The position numbers and the translations under genes are program-made. From Longimicrobiales bacterium (lineage in GTDB: Bacteria; Gemmatimonadota; Gemmatimonadetes; Longimicrobiales; Gaopeijiaceae): 64,000 bases of DNA. Every line of letters begins with the position of its first letter. Positions within the stretch are counted from its first letter, which is position 1. Location: positions 256,001 to 320,000 of the forward strand of contig OZ252251.1 of NCBI GenBank assembly GCA_965249725.1, in the 5' to 3' direction. This document shows positions 46,544-57,830 of the stretch, one piece after another. The notes under the pieces were generated by a model that saw only the letters and a list, made by a program, of their open reading frames with translations, was not told the DNA's origin and did no database searches.

Positions 46544-47934
46544 TGTCTACCGCGACAAAGGAACCGAGGGGCGCGGTACCCCACCCGGATCTGCAGAAGC
46601 TCGATCAGGTCAATCGCGACGTCCTGGTGTCGCTCGGTAAGCCGGGACTCGGTTGGTGGATACTGCTCGGGATCGCAATTGCTGGGATCGGGCTTGCTGC
46701 GGTCTCTTGGAGCATTCAGATTTTCGACGGAATCGGCGTCACGGGGCTTACGAGTCCCGTCGGGTGGGGGGTCTACATCACCACCTTTGTGTTCTGGGTC
46801 GGTATCGCACACTCAGGCACGCTGATCTCGGCGATTCTCTTCCTGTTCAGAGCGCCCTGGCGTCAGTCGATCTATCGGGCGGCCGAGGCGATGACGGTGT
46901 TCGCCGTCATGACCGCCGGACTGTTCCCACTCATCCACGTTGGACGCGTTTGGCACGCCTACTGGCTGATTCCCTATCCGAACAGCCGCTTTCTGTGGCC
47001 CAACTTCCGCTCACCCCTCGTTTGGGACGTCTTCGCCGTCACCACGTACTTCACGGTTTCGGCGGTCTTCTTCTACTTGGGGACCATTCCCGACCTCGCC
47101 GCCGCACGTGACGCTGCGACGGGATTCCGGAAGAAGCTCTACAAGGTCATCTCGCTGGGATGGCACGGTACGGACCGCGAATGGCACCACTTCGGGAAGG
47201 CCTACATCTTCCTCGCCGCGCTAGCGACCCCGCTGGTCCTGTCGGTGCACTCCGTGGTTTCCTGGGACTTCGCCGTGAGCATCGTTCCCGGCTGGCATGC
47301 CACGATCTTCGCTCCCTACTTCGTGGCCGGCGCCATCTTCTCGGGTGTCGCCATGGTCATCACGCTCACCGTGCCGCTCAGGAAGGTCTTCGGCCTCGAG
47401 GCGTACCTCACGACCAAGCACTACGACGCCATGGCGAAGCTCTGCCTGCTGACGTCCTTGATCGTGTTCTACGCGTATCTCTCCGAGTTCTTTATGGCGT
47501 GGTACAGCGGTGAGGAAGTAGAGCGGGCGGCGTTCTGGGCGAGGCTGTTCGGTCCCTACTGGTGGGCCGCCTGGACGATGCTGGTGTGCAACGGGTTCGT
47601 GCCGGTCATGCTCTGGTTCAAGCGGGTCAGGTACTCCATACCCGCCCTCTTTACGATTTCGATCTTCATCAACATCGGGATGTGGTTCGAGCGCTACGTG
47701 ATCATCGTCACTTCGCTGCACCACGAGTACGAACCCTTCGCTTGGGGCCTGTACCGGCCTTCGGCGGTCGAGATGGGGATTCTGGCGGGGAGCTTCGCTT
47801 GGTTCGGCTTCTGGTTCCTCCTCTTCACGCGGTTGCTGCCCGTTGTGGCCATCGCGGAGTTGAAGGAGGTGCTGCCCACGCCCATGCGGAACGCCGCGCC
47901 CGCCCACGCCGGTGGGGAAGGAGGTGAGGGATGA
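46543..47934 (+). CDS. actC: ACIII NrfD-family membrane subunit
   Basis: FVFWVGIAHSGTLISAIL, RAAEAMT, HVGRVW, NFRSPLVWD, SVHSVVSWDF, GMWFER. Confidence 0.93.
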   Translation: MSTATKEPRGAVPHPDLQKLDQVNRDVLVSLGKPGLGWWILLGIAIAGIGLAAVSWSIQIFDGIGVTGLTSPVGWGVYITTFVFWVGIAHSGTLISAILFLFRAPWRQSIYRAAEAMTVFAVMTAGLFPLIHVGRVWHAYWLIPYPNSRFLWPNFRSPLVWDVFAVTTYFTVSAVFFYLGTIPDLAAARDAATGFRKKLYKVISLGWHGTDREWHHFGKAYIFLAALATPLVLSVHSVVSWDFAVSIVPGWHATIFAPYFVAGAIFSGVAMVITLTVPLRKVFGLEAYLTTKHYDAMAKLCLLTSLIVFYAYLSEFFMAWYSGEEVERAAFWARLFGPYWWAAWTMLVCNGFVPVMLWFKRVRYSIPALFTISIFINIGMWFERYVIIVTSLHHEYEPFAWGLYRPSAVEMGILAGSFAWFGFWFLLFTRLLPVVAIAELKEVLPTPMRNAAPAHAGGEGGEG

Positions 47935-48461
47935 GTGCCACGACCGGCCTTCTGGCCTCATACGAGTACGTCGACTCGGCGGTTGATGCCATCGAGAAGC
48001 TCAGGGGTACCGGGCTCAAGAAGATCACGGCTTACATGCCCTATCCCGACCACCATATCGAGGCGGCTCTGGGCTACGACCAGAGCCCCGTGAGAGTCTG
48101 GGCGCTCGCAGGAGGACTCTGCGGTGCGGCCGGAGGTTTCGCGTTCACGTCCTTCACGTCCATGGATTGGCCTCTGGTAACGGGCGGCAAGCCGATCCTC
48201 TCCATTCCGGCGTACGTCATCATCGCTTTCGAGATGATGGTGCTGTTTGGAGCTCTATCGACAGTGATCGGCCTCTTCATCAACAGCCGTCTTCCCTATC
48301 TGAAGCCCATGGTGGTCTACGATCCAGAGTTCAGTGCGGGTCGCTTCGGCGTGTACGTGACGGCCCCTCCGGATCGACTGGATGAGGCCCGCGGAATTCT
48401 ACAAGGACAGGATCCGGTCGAGTTGCGGGAAGACCCCGCGGGGGTGGCCCATGCTTCGTAG
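47931..48461 (+). CDS. actD: ACIII DUF3341 subunit
   Basis: PYP, DWPLVTGGKP, FEMMVL. Confidence 0.88.
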   Translation: MSATTGLLASYEYVDSAVDAIEKLRGTGLKKITAYMPYPDHHIEAALGYDQSPVRVWALAGGLCGAAGGFAFTSFTSMDWPLVTGGKPILSIPAYVIIAFEMMVLFGALSTVIGLFINSRLPYLKPMVVYDPEFSAGRFGVYVTAPPDRLDEARGILQGQDPVELREDPAGVAHAS

Positions 48462-49071
48462 AGCGCGCTTCGGGGCGGTTCTGGCCCTGCTCGTTACATT
48501 GAGCGCATGCAGTCCTCTGGACGAGGTCCTGGGGAACATCTTCGGCCGTCACATGCGTGATTCGCGGTCGTTCGATCCATACGAGAACACACTCGCACCT
48601 CCGCCCAACAGCGTGCCGTTCGCGGCGGGCAACATCACGCCCGGGCCGGGACAGCTGAACACCGGACAGCCGGAAAGGGGCTTCATGGCGCCTCCCTTCG
48701 GCCAGGCGGATCTCTTCCAGCCCGTGGTGCAGACTCTGCCCAATCCGGTCGCATCAGACGAGACTTCGTTGGCCCGTGGCGAGGTGATGTTCAATCGCAT
48801 GTGCGCCGTGTGTCACGGCCCGGCTGGCGTGGGTGCACAGGCCAATATCATCGACAAGTATCCGCTCTTGATCGCGTACAACCTGTCCGGCCCCGTGGTC
48901 GCCGGTTACAGCGACGGGTACATCTATGGGATCATGCGGGTGGGTCGTGGCCTCATGCCGCCGTATGGCCACCAGATCAGCCACTTCGATCGTTGGAACA
49001 TCGTGAATTACATCCGTGTGCTCCAGCGTCAGGCCGGAAACGAGCCGATGGTTGTCGGGGGGGATAACTAG
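48451..49071 (+). CDS. actE: ACIII monoheme cytochrome c lipoprotein
   Basis: Lipobox LSAC, CAVCH, MPPY, DRWNIVNYIRVLQ. Confidence 0.88.
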   Translation: MLRRARFGAVLALLVTLSACSPLDEVLGNIFGRHMRDSRSFDPYENTLAPPPNSVPFAAGNITPGPGQLNTGQPERGFMAPPFGQADLFQPVVQTLPNPVASDETSLARGEVMFNRMCAVCHGPAGVGAQANIIDKYPLLIAYNLSGPVVAGYSDGYIYGIMRVGRGLMPPYGHQISHFDRWNIVNYIRVLQRQAGNEPMVVGGDN

Positions 49072-49074
49072 GCC

Positions 49075-50382
49075 ATGAGCCATATGCATGTCCCCTCAGA
49101 GATTCCGGTCCGATACCTTATGCGTTCCAAGAATGCGAACGTTCTGTTCGTGGGCATGTTCCTGGTGGGCCTCGCGGGTTTCGTGTTCGCTTTGAGCACG
49201 GACGCCGATCGGGCCTGGCAGTCCTACGTCTCGAACTGGCTGTTCTTCACCAACGTGGCCATGGGGGCGATGCTGCTCACCGTGGCGACGTGGATCACGA
49301 AGTCGAAATGGAACTGGTCGGTGCGCCGAGTGGGCCTGTCCTTCGTGGCGTTCCTCCCCATCTCGTTCGTGATGCTGCTGCCCATGCTGGGCCTCGGGGA
49401 GTCGTTCTTTCCCTGGATCGCCGAGATGGCTCACGACCCGATTCTCCAGAAGAAGGCCGCGTACCTCAACATGCCGTTCCTGGTGACGAGGAACGTCGTG
49501 GGAGTGATGGTGCTGTTCGGGGTGTCGCTTTACTTCGCTTATATGGCGCTCCGTCCCGATATGGGGTTGGCCAAGGACGACGGTGACACCGACGCGGGCC
49601 GGGTCCAGTGGCGGGATCGTCTGACGCAGGGCTGGAGGGGTCAGGAGACCGAGGAAGTCCATTCCTATCGGCGGATGACCAAGCTGGCACCGGCCTTCGT
49701 CATCATCTACGCCCTGGTCATGAGCATTCTGGCGTACGACTGGGTCATGTCGTTGGAGCCCCACTGGTTCTCGACGATGATGGGCCCATGGTTCTTCATG
49801 GGGGCGTTCTGGAGCGGCATCGCCGCGACCGCTTGTGCGGTGACGCTTCTGAAGAAACGCGACGACTATTTCGACAAGGTCATGGGACGTCAGCAGCTAC
49901 ACGATCTGGGTAAGCTGTCCTTCGCCTTCTGCGTTTTCTGGGCCTATCTGTTCTTCGCCCAGTACCTGGTGATCTGGTACGGCAAGCTGCCATGGGAGCA
50001 GGCTTGGCTCATCCACCGGGCCGAAGCGCCGTGGGGCAAGCTGTCTTTGATGGTGATCGTGATGTGCTTCGTGCTGCCCTTCGCATTACTCATGGGGCGG
50101 AAGGCCAAGATGAACCCGACGTTCCTCCGGACCGTCACGTTCTCGATCTTCGCCGGACTGTGGCTCGAAAAGCACCTCATGGTGGCTCCGTCCATCCGCG
50201 ACCATGATACGCCCACGATCGGGGCGACCGAGTTCCTGATCGGCCTCATGTTCCTGGGCCTGTTCCTGTTCGCGGTGAGGTGGTTCCTGTCGACCTTCCC
50301 CGTCGTTCAGGTCTGGCAGCCCATGGTGGATCCGGAGACCTTCGAGGTCGAGGTCACCGGAGAGGGTGCGTCGGTTGGCTAA
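49075..50382 (+). CDS. actF: ACIII membrane subunit
   Basis: YLN.PF, DWVMSLEPHWFST, HDLGKL, QYLVIWYG. Confidence 0.9.
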   Translation: MSHMHVPSEIPVRYLMRSKNANVLFVGMFLVGLAGFVFALSTDADRAWQSYVSNWLFFTNVAMGAMLLTVATWITKSKWNWSVRRVGLSFVAFLPISFVMLLPMLGLGESFFPWIAEMAHDPILQKKAAYLNMPFLVTRNVVGVMVLFGVSLYFAYMALRPDMGLAKDDGDTDAGRVQWRDRLTQGWRGQETEEVHSYRRMTKLAPAFVIIYALVMSILAYDWVMSLEPHWFSTMMGPWFFMGAFWSGIAATACAVTLLKKRDDYFDKVMGRQQLHDLGKLSFAFCVFWAYLFFAQYLVIWYGKLPWEQAWLIHRAEAPWGKLSLMVIVMCFVLPFALLMGRKAKMNPTFLRTVTFSIFAGLWLEKHLMVAPSIRDHDTPTIGATEFLIGLMFLGLFLFAVRWFLSTFPVVQVWQPMVDPETFEVEVTGEGASVG

Positions 50383-50406
50383 CGCGCCACGCTGACACCC
50401 ATGACC

Positions 50407-50437
50407 AAGGCCCGGCCCCCTCGGGGAGCCGGGCCTT
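50407..50437. terminator. GC-rich hairpin ending the act operon
   Basis: AAGGCCCGGC...GCCGGGCCTT stem between convergent genes. Confidence 0.7.
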
Positions 50438-50470
50438 CGTTCCTTCGGGCCGGTGGACCGCTGCCTCCGG

Positions 50471-51975
50471 TCAACTGCGCTTCGGCCGCTCCTTGTGCTG
50501 ATACATGTCCCTATCGGCTGACTGGATGAGCTCGTCGGCTCCGACCATCTGGTCGGTCTCGAAATGGGCGATCCCCGAGCTGACCGTCACGCCATGGGGG
50601 GCCAGCACGCGATCGGCCCTGATGCGTGCTTCGACCCTGTCCAGGTAACCCCGCGCGCCGTCGTCGTCACTCTCTGAAAGCACCGAGACGAACTCGTCAC
50701 CTCCGTATCGGGCCACGAGGTTCATGGCCCGGTTCTCTTCCGCCAGAACTCGTCCGAAGGCTTTGAGAATCTGGTCGCCCACTATGTGCCCCAAGGTGTC
50801 GTTGTAGTGCTTGAAATCGTCCAGGTCGAAGAGCACCAAGGCCAGGCGTCTACCCCGTCGAGCCGCGGCTACCTCTCGTTCCAGATGGAGCTGGAGGTGT
50901 CTCCGGTTGGGGAGACCCGTCAACACGTCGGTCAGGGAGAGGGCCTGGATGCCGGCGTGAAGCTCGGCATTGTCCAAAGCCACGGAAGCTTGGCCCGCCA
51001 AGCGCGTGAGCAGGGCAATGTCGTAGGCGGAGAAGCCTCTGGTCTCCCTCGACCCGGTCGCCAGGGCGCCCGCGACTCGGTCACCGATCACGAGAGGGAT
51101 GGCCATGCCGCTACCACCCTCCAAGAACTCCCTCATGTGGTCCGGAACGAGTGGACTGGCGGCGAGATCGTCGATGACGAACGGCTTTTCTCCCTCTACC
51201 AGAGTCTCGTACAACGGACCCTCCATATCCCACGTCGACCCCACGGGAATCTGGATCTCGCCCACCGAGCTGCTCACTGTCGCGATCGTGCCTTCGAAGG
51301 TCCACACACCGGCGCCGTCGGCGTCCAGTAGGTCCATCGCCGCCGCCGACACCCGGCCTAGGACTTCCTCGAAGTCGAGAGAGCTGGTGAGTGCGCGTCC
51401 GATCTCCTCGAGCTTCTCCGCTTCGCGCGAACGCCGATCCAACTCCGTTACGTGCCGCGCGTTCTCGATGGCCACAGCCGCCAAATCCGCGATTCCTTCG
51501 AGCAGCTCGAGGTCGTCGGCGTCGTATCCGTTGGGATGATAGCTCTGCGTGCTCAGGGCACCCCGGACCACGCCCTTGTAGATCAGCGGAGCGGAGATCG
51601 CTGAGCGGGTGATCTCGGTCTCCTCTTCGCCCAGCAGCATGACGGACTCGGCGTTCAGGCGGTCTTCGACCGTCGTCGACTTACCGGTTCGGATGACCTC
51701 GCTATCGGAGCCCTTGTAGGTGATGTCACACCGGCTCTCCTCGCCGCGGTCCGCGTAGAAGACCACGGGGTGGCGAGGTCCGCCTCAGCGTCGTACAGGG
51801 AGATATAGAAGCCACCCGCCTCGACGACTCGAGCCGTCTCCCGGTAGATGCTCCGATAGAGCTCCTCCGGGCTGAGGGTGCCGGTCAGGGTACGGCCTAT
51901 ACCCAGCAGAACGCGGTAGCGTTCAGCTAGAGGCGTACCGGTTCCCGTTTCGGCAGAAGGCATGTGGAGTCCCAT
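50471..51975 (-). CDS. GAF-GAF-GGDEF diguanylate cyclase, frameshift near 51767 (likely artefact)
   Basis: The first GAF domain is split at a C4 run. The second GAF, TDVLTGLPNRR, DLDDFKHYND and RYGGDEF are intact. The start could be 51963. Confidence 0.85.
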
Positions 51976-52055
51976 TGGGCCGCGCGGCGGAGCTGCGGCA
52001 CGTTCGAGTTAGTCCAACATATGGACCCGGCCCGGGACGTACAACAATAAAGCGG

Positions 52056-52817
52056 CTAACTGGTTGGCTCTTCAGGGTTCTGGGCCCGATCGAAGTAACG
52101 CTGCATCTCGTACCCCATGGCCCGCACCAGGCGCACTTCTCGAAGATCCGGCTCGGCCCTGGAGAACAGCGTGCGCAGCGTGCGGAGGACGCCCTCGGGG
52201 TGCCGATCTCCCTTGAAGAAGTCGATCCGGTGGAAGCCTTGCTCCAACGCTGAGTACATCTGCTCCAGATCCGCCAGGGTGGCCGGTCCGGCATCCCTCT
52301 TGTATCCGGGCAGTTGTGCGTCGTCGGTAGCTACCAGTCGGATCTCGTAGCAGAGCACGAGGCACGCCTGAGCCAGGTTGAGGCTGGAGTACTCTGCGGT
52401 GGGTACGATTGCGATGGAGTGACAAAGGTCGAGCCCTTCGTTGGTCAGGCCGCGATCCTCCCGTCCGAAGACCAACGCCACAAGGCCTTCGTTGGCTCTC
52501 TCGACAACCTGGGGCGCTACGGCTCGGGGTCTCAGATAGTTGCGTTGAGCCGTACGTGCGCGGGCGCTGGTGCCCAGGACGAACACCGTATCCGCCAGTG
52601 CTTCCTCCAGCGACGGGAACATCTCGGCCGACTCGGCCAACTCATCGCTGCGGTGGGCAATGCCGGTGATTCGGTGGAGGTCGAATTCCTGCGGCTTCAC
52701 CAGGCGGAGCCGGGACAAGCCCATGTTCATCATGACCCGTATGACGCCTGCGATGTTCACGACGTCCTTCGGCTCGTCTAGGACTACGACGATGTTGCCG
52801 AGGGGGGATACCGCCAT
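52056..52817 (-). CDS. TrmJ/LasT family RNA methyltransferase (SPOUT)
   Basis: GTSAR, VFGREDRGLTNE, SLNLAQA. Confidence 0.9.
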   Translation of the reverse strand: MAVSPLGNIVVVLDEPKDVVNIAGVIRVMMNMGLSRLRLVKPQEFDLHRITGIAHRSDELAESAEMFPSLEEALADTVFVLGTSARARTAQRNYLRPRAVAPQVVERANEGLVALVFGREDRGLTNEGLDLCHSIAIVPTAEYSSLNLAQACLVLCYEIRLVATDDAQLPGYKRDAGPATLADLEQMYSALEQGFHRIDFFKGDRHPEGVLRTLRTLFSRAEPDLREVRLVRAMGYEMQRYFDRAQNPEEPTS

Positions 52818-52829
52818 CAGAACGTCGCT

Positions 52830-53027
52830 CTACGAGTCGTCGTCGTTCCCAGGGTCGTCCAGGGTGCGGTCGTCGGAATCGTCCTTCTCCCCACCGAGCG
52901 CCCCCTTGAAATTCCGAATCCCCTCGCCGAGCCCGCGCCCGATTACCGGAATGCGCTTGGCTCCGAAGAAGACCATCACGATGAGGAAGATGAGCACCAA
53001 CTCCCAGACGCCGAGACCGGGGATCAC
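52830..53027 (-). CDS. tatA: Twin-arginine translocase subunit TatA
   Basis: GVWELVLIFLIVMVFFGAKRIPVIGRGLGEGIRNFK. Confidence 0.9.
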   Translation of the reverse strand: MIPGLGVWELVLIFLIVMVFFGAKRIPVIGRGLGEGIRNFKGALGGEKDDSDDRTLDDPGNDDDS

Positions 53028-54193
53028 TGGAGTAGGGCCTTGGCGATGGTCTGGAGCTGCATGTTCGTCGTCCCCTCGTAGATGGTGCCGATTTTCGAGT
53101 CCCGGTAGAACTTCTCGACCGGATACTCACGGGTGAAGCCGTATCCGCCGTAGAGGTCGATGCACAGCGACGTCACGCGCTGGGCCATTCTGGAGGAATG
53201 TAGCTTGGACATGGCCGCCGGTACCACGAAATCTTCACCGGCATCTCGGAGGCGGGCCGCGTTGTAGACCAACAGGCGCGACGCCTCGAGGTCGGTGGCC
53301 ACTTCGGCGAGCTGAAACTGTACACCCTGGAACTTGCCGATGGGCCTTCCGAACTGCTCCCGCTCCTGCACGTACCGAAGAGTGTTGTCGAGTGCCCCTT
53401 GGGCGGTCCCCACCATTTGGGCGCCGATGCCGATGCGGCCTTCGTTGAGGGTCTCGATGGCCACCTTGTAGCCCTTGCCGACCTCACCCAGGACCCTGCT
53501 GCCTGGTACCCGGACGTTCTCGAGAATGATTTCGGTCGTGGAGGAGGCGCGGATGCCGAGCTTGTCCTCCTTCTTGCCGACCGCGAAGCCCTCCAGGTCG
53601 CGGTCCACCATGAAGGCGGTGATGCCCTTGTAACCGGCGTCCGGGTCGACCGTGGCGAACACGATGTACGTGCCTGCCTCGTTTCCGTTCGTGATCCAGA
53701 GCTTCTGGCCCGTGATCACCCAGTCGTCGCCGTCCTGCGTGGCCCGGCAGCTGAGCGCGAAGGCGTCGGATCCGCTCCCCGCCTCGGAGAGCGCATAGGC
53801 TCCGACCATATCGGTGGCCAGCAGGGGGAAGTAGTGGGCTTTGAGCTCGTCGCTCGCCCAGTGCTTGAGCGCGTTGACGACCAGCGTGTTCTGCACATCG
53901 ACCAGGGTCCCGACGGAGGGGTCGATCCGCGACAGTTCCTCGACCACGAGAACCGAGGTGAAGAAGTTCGCATCTGTTCCCCCGAATTCCTCCGGGATCT
54001 CGATTCCCATGAGACCCAACTCGAAGAGCATCGGAAGCAGTGAGGGATCCAGTTCCTGAGCTTCGTCCATCTTCGATACGAGAGGCGCGACTTCGGACTG
54101 AGCGAAGTCACGGACGGCCTCTCGGAACATCCCTTCTTCTTCGGTCAGCGAGGTGACGGCGGGCCGAGGTTCACCGGTCAGCGTGGTCGACAT
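53024..54193 (-). CDS. Acyl-CoA dehydrogenase (short/branched-chain type)
   Basis: LSEAGSGSD, KLWITNG, KLGIRASST, EGRIGIG, QFG, YGGYG, IYEGT. Confidence 0.93.
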   Translation of the reverse strand: MSTTLTGEPRPAVTSLTEEEGMFREAVRDFAQSEVAPLVSKMDEAQELDPSLLPMLFELGLMGIEIPEEFGGTDANFFTSVLVVEELSRIDPSVGTLVDVQNTLVVNALKHWASDELKAHYFPLLATDMVGAYALSEAGSGSDAFALSCRATQDGDDWVITGQKLWITNGNEAGTYIVFATVDPDAGYKGITAFMVDRDLEGFAVGKKEDKLGIRASSTTEIILENVRVPGSRVLGEVGKGYKVAIETLNEGRIGIGAQMVGTAQGALDNTLRYVQEREQFGRPIGKFQGVQFQLAEVATDLEASRLLVYNAARLRDAGEDFVVPAAMSKLHSSRMAQRVTSLCIDLYGGYGFTREYPVEKFYRDSKIGTIYEGTTNMQLQTIAKALLQ

Positions 54194-54391
54194 ATCTGCT
54201 ATCTTTCCCGCGGGTCGATTGAGTGATTCTGGTTGGATACCGAGCCCACGAAAGTTATCCGTGCGGGTCGGGCGTGAAAAGGCGAGGGGACCGGGTATCG
54301 CCCTCAGCTGTGCCGCGCCGTTCCTGACCTTGACGCTTCTCTGAGGCCTTCTCTATTGTGACCGCCCCAGACACTTGAACACGGAGGAACG

Positions 54392-54781
54392 ATGTCCGAG
54401 ATCCCCGAGGGACTTCGATATACAGAGGAGCACGAGTATCTCAAGGCCACCGGCGAGGACGGAGTCTATCAGGTCGGTATTACCGACTACGCCCAGGGCG
54501 AACTGGGGGATATCGTGTTCATCGAGTTGCCCGAGGCCGGATCGAGCTTCGACAAGATGGCTACCTTCGGTACCATTGAGGCGGTGAAGGCGGTCAGCGA
54601 CCTCTACTGCCCGCTCACGGGTGAGATCGCGGCGATCAACCAGGCCTTGGACGACGATCCCTCGCTTGTGAACACCGACCCGTATGGCGCAGGATGGATG
54701 ATCCTGCTTCGCGTCGCCGACGAGAGCGCGTTGGATGCGCTCTTGGATGCCGCCGGTTACCAGGCTCTGGTGGGCGAATAG
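54392..54781 (+). CDS. gcvH: Glycine cleavage system H protein
   Basis: [22 protein letters not shown], lipoyl-Lys EAVKA, DPYGAGW. Confidence 0.95.
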   Translation: MSEIPEGLRYTEEHEYLKATGEDGVYQVGITDYAQGELGDIVFIELPEAGSSFDKMATFGTIEAVKAVSDLYCPLTGEIAAINQALDDDPSLVNTDPYGAGWMILLRVADESALDALLDAAGYQALVGE

Positions 54782-54887
54782 GAGCCTATTCCTAGTATTG
54801 CCGTCGGGGCCTCATTGGCCGTTCGTCGACGTCCCTGAGGCCATCATTGATGACCTCGTTCACGGACTGACATTTCTGAGGAAGAAC

Positions 54888-57800
54888 ATGTCCCTTGATA
54901 TAGATACGGTGGGTCGATTCGCCAGCCGGCATGTCGGTCCTCGTGACCACGAGATCGAGGCGATGCTGGGCTCGCTTGGGCTCAGTTCCCTGAGTGAGCT
55001 GGTGGACCAGACGGTGCCCGAATCTATTCGCCTCGCTGGCGACTTGGATCTACCCGATGCGTCGCCCGAGCACCTACTCCTTCGCCGGCTGGAGGAGATC
55101 GGCTCCAAGAATCAGGTCTTCCGGTCCTATCTGGGCATGGGGTACCACGACACCGTGGTGCCTGGGGTGATCCTGAGGAACATCCTCGAGAGCCCCGGAT
55201 GGTACACCCAGTACACGCCCTATCAGGCCGAGATTGCACAGGGGCGCCTCGAGGCACTGCTGAACTACCAGACCATGGTGATCGATCTCACCGGTCTGGA
55301 GATCGCCAACGCGTCCTTGCTCGATGAGAGCACGGCCGCCGCGGAGGCCATGGCCATGCTTTTCGGCGAGAGCCGCGACGAGAGGCGGACGCACTTCTTC
55401 GTTTCCGAGGCGTGCCACCCACAGACGATCGCCGTTGTAAAGGGGCGTGCGGCGCCCTTGGGGATCGAGGTCGTCGTCGGGGCCCACGACAACTACGACC
55501 TGAAGTCCTTCGGGGACCGACTCTTCGGCGGACTGGTGCAGTATCCCGCTACCGACGGGGCGATTCACGACTACCGCGCGTTCTGTGACGAGTTCCACGA
55601 GCATGGGGCCGGCGTGATCATGGCAGCCGATCTCATGGCTCTCACCATGCTCACTCCCCCGGGCGAACTGGGGGCGGATATCGCGGTCGGGAATACGCAG
55701 CGCTTCGGGGTGCCGATGGGGTACGGCGGTCCTCACGCTGCTTACCTGGCTGCCCAGGACCGCTTTAAGCGGAAGATGCCTGGCCGGATCATTGGCGTAT
55801 CGGTGGATGCGGACGGCAATCTGGCGCTCCGGATGGCTCTTCAGACCCGCGAGCAGCACATCCGCCGTGAGAAGGCGACTTCGAACATCTGCACCGCCCA
55901 GGTGCTCCTGGCCATCATGGCGGGCATGTACGCCGTCTATCACGGCCCCGAGGGGCTGAAGCGGATCGCGGGCCGAATCCATCATTTGGCTTCGACGCTT
56001 GCGCACGGTCTCGCGGAGCTCGGACACAGCGTCGTGCACGAGCACTTCTTCGACACGCTTCAGGTGGTGCCCGCGGGTGTCTCAGGGGCGGAGATCATCG
56101 ATCGTGCCCGCGCACTCGGAATGAACCTCCGCGACTATGGAGACGGGACCGTCGGGATCGCGGTGGACGAGACGACGCTCCCGGAGGATATCGAGGACCT
56201 GTTCAACGTCTTCAGCGACGGTGGTCCGAAGGGTGGGGGCGTGAAGCTGACTGCCGACAAGATGTCCCAGGAGGCGACATCGCCGGTTCCCGCTGGCCTG
56301 TTGAGGACCTCGCGCTTTCTCGAGCACCCGGTCTTCCACAGCTATCGCTCAGAAACCGAAATGCTCCGGTACATCCACAAGCTGGAGAGCCGCGATCTAT
56401 CGTTGAACACGAGCATGATCTCGCTGGGCTCCTGCACCATGAAGCTCAACGCCACGACCCAGATGCTGCCGGTTACATGGAGGGCGTTCGGCGGTATGCA
56501 CCCGTTCGCTCCGATCGATCAGACCCAGGGCTATCAGGAGCTTCTCAGGGACTTGGAGAACTGGCTCGCCGAAATCTCCGGCTTCGCCGCCACCTCACTC
56601 CAACCCAATTCCGGGGCTTCGGGTGAGTACGCAGGCCTCCTTGTAATTAGAGCCCTTCATGAGAGCAAAGGTGAAGGACACCGGGACGTGTGCCTCATTC
56701 CCTCCTCGGCCCACGGGACGAACCCTGCCAGCGCCGTCATGGCGGGGATGCGGGTGGTGGTGGTGAAGTGCGACGAAATGGGCAACGTCGACCTCGCCGA
56801 CCTCGAGGCTCAGGCGGATGCACACGCCGCCGATCTGGCGGCCATCATGATCACCTATCCGTCCACCCATGGCGTCTTCGAATCCGAGATCCGGAGGATC
56901 TGCGACATCGTCCACGGTCGGGGCGGGCGGGTCTATCTGGACGGCGCGAACCTCAACGCTCAGGTCGGCCTGTGTCGTCCCGGTGACTATGGTGCCGACG
57001 TCTGCCACATCAATCTCCACAAGACGTTCTCCATCCCTCACGGGGGTGGCGGGCCCGGTGTCGGACCGATCTGTGTGACGTCCGAGTTGGCGCCGTTCCT
57101 TCCGGGGCATCCGGTAATCGAGACCGGTGGGTCCGATGCGATCTTGCCGGTCGCGGGTGCGCCGTGGGGTAGTGGTGGGATCATGTTGATTTCGTGGTCC
57201 TATATCGCGCTCCTCGGAAAGCAGGGGGTTCGGCGAGCCACCGAGGTGGCGATCCTGAACGCCAACTACATGGCGAATCGGCTGCAGGATGAATTCGAGG
57301 TGCTGTACCGCGGAGAAAACGGTCGTGTCGCCCACGAATTCATCTTGGACCTGCGTCCGCTGAAGAAGGCCAGCGGAATCTCGGACGAGGACATTGCGAA
57401 GCGTCTGATGGACTACGGCTTCCACGCGCCCACGATGTCCTTCCCCGTGGCGGGAACGATCATGGTCGAACCGACCGAGAGTGAGTCCAAGTCGGAGCTC
57501 GATCGGCTCTGTGACGCCCTCTTCTCCATTCGTGCGGAGATCCACGAGGTGGAGTCCGGTGCGGTCGATCCGGAGGACAACCCACTAAAGAATGCACCAC
57601 ACACGGCCGCGATGCTCACAGCGTCGGCCTGGGAGCATCCGTATTCGCGTGAGAAGGCCGCGTATCCCGCTCCTTGGACGCGGGACTACAAGTTCTGGCC
57701 TCCCGTCCGCAGGGTGAACAACGCCCACGGTGATCGACACCTGGTTTGCGCCTGCCCACCCATCGAGGCCTATGCTGAGGTAGCCGCCGGGACTGACTGA
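54888..57800 (+). CDS. gcvP: Glycine dehydrogenase (decarboxylating), single-chain
   Basis: [45 protein letters not shown]. Start trimmed to MSLDID. Confidence 0.96.
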   Translation: MSLDIDTVGRFASRHVGPRDHEIEAMLGSLGLSSLSELVDQTVPESIRLAGDLDLPDASPEHLLLRRLEEIGSKNQVFRSYLGMGYHDTVVPGVILRNILESPGWYTQYTPYQAEIAQGRLEALLNYQTMVIDLTGLEIANASLLDESTAAAEAMAMLFGESRDERRTHFFVSEACHPQTIAVVKGRAAPLGIEVVVGAHDNYDLKSFGDRLFGGLVQYPATDGAIHDYRAFCDEFHEHGAGVIMAADLMALTMLTPPGELGADIAVGNTQRFGVPMGYGGPHAAYLAAQDRFKRKMPGRIIGVSVDADGNLALRMALQTREQHIRREKATSNICTAQVLLAIMAGMYAVYHGPEGLKRIAGRIHHLASTLAHGLAELGHSVVHEHFFDTLQVVPAGVSGAEIIDRARALGMNLRDYGDGTVGIAVDETTLPEDIEDLFNVFSDGGPKGGGVKLTADKMSQEATSPVPAGLLRTSRFLEHPVFHSYRSETEMLRYIHKLESRDLSLNTSMISLGSCTMKLNATTQMLPVTWRAFGGMHPFAPIDQTQGYQELLRDLENWLAEISGFAATSLQPNSGASGEYAGLLVIRALHESKGEGHRDVCLIPSSAHGTNPASAVMAGMRVVVVKCDEMGNVDLADLEAQADAHAADLAAIMITYPSTHGVFESEIRRICDIVHGRGGRVYLDGANLNAQVGLCRPGDYGADVCHINLHKTFSIPHGGGGPGVGPICVTSELAPFLPGHPVIETGGSDAILPVAGAPWGSGGIMLISWSYIALLGKQGVRRATEVAILNANYMANRLQDEFEVLYRGENGRVAHEFILDLRPLKKASGISDEDIAKRLMDYGFHAPTMSFPVAGTIMVEPTESESKSELDRLCDALFSIRAEIHEVESGAVDPEDNPLKNAPHTAAMLTASAWEHPYSREKAAYPAPWTRDYKFWPPVRRVNNAHGDRHLVCACPPIEAYAEVAAGTD

Positions 57801-57830
57801 GGACTCTCGACGACAGCGGAGGATCCGAAG

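Noticed and set aside
54194..54391. Glycine riboswitch upstream of gcvH
   Set aside because: The conserved aptamer motifs were not found. Only a possible TTGACG-N18-TATTGT promoter is present.
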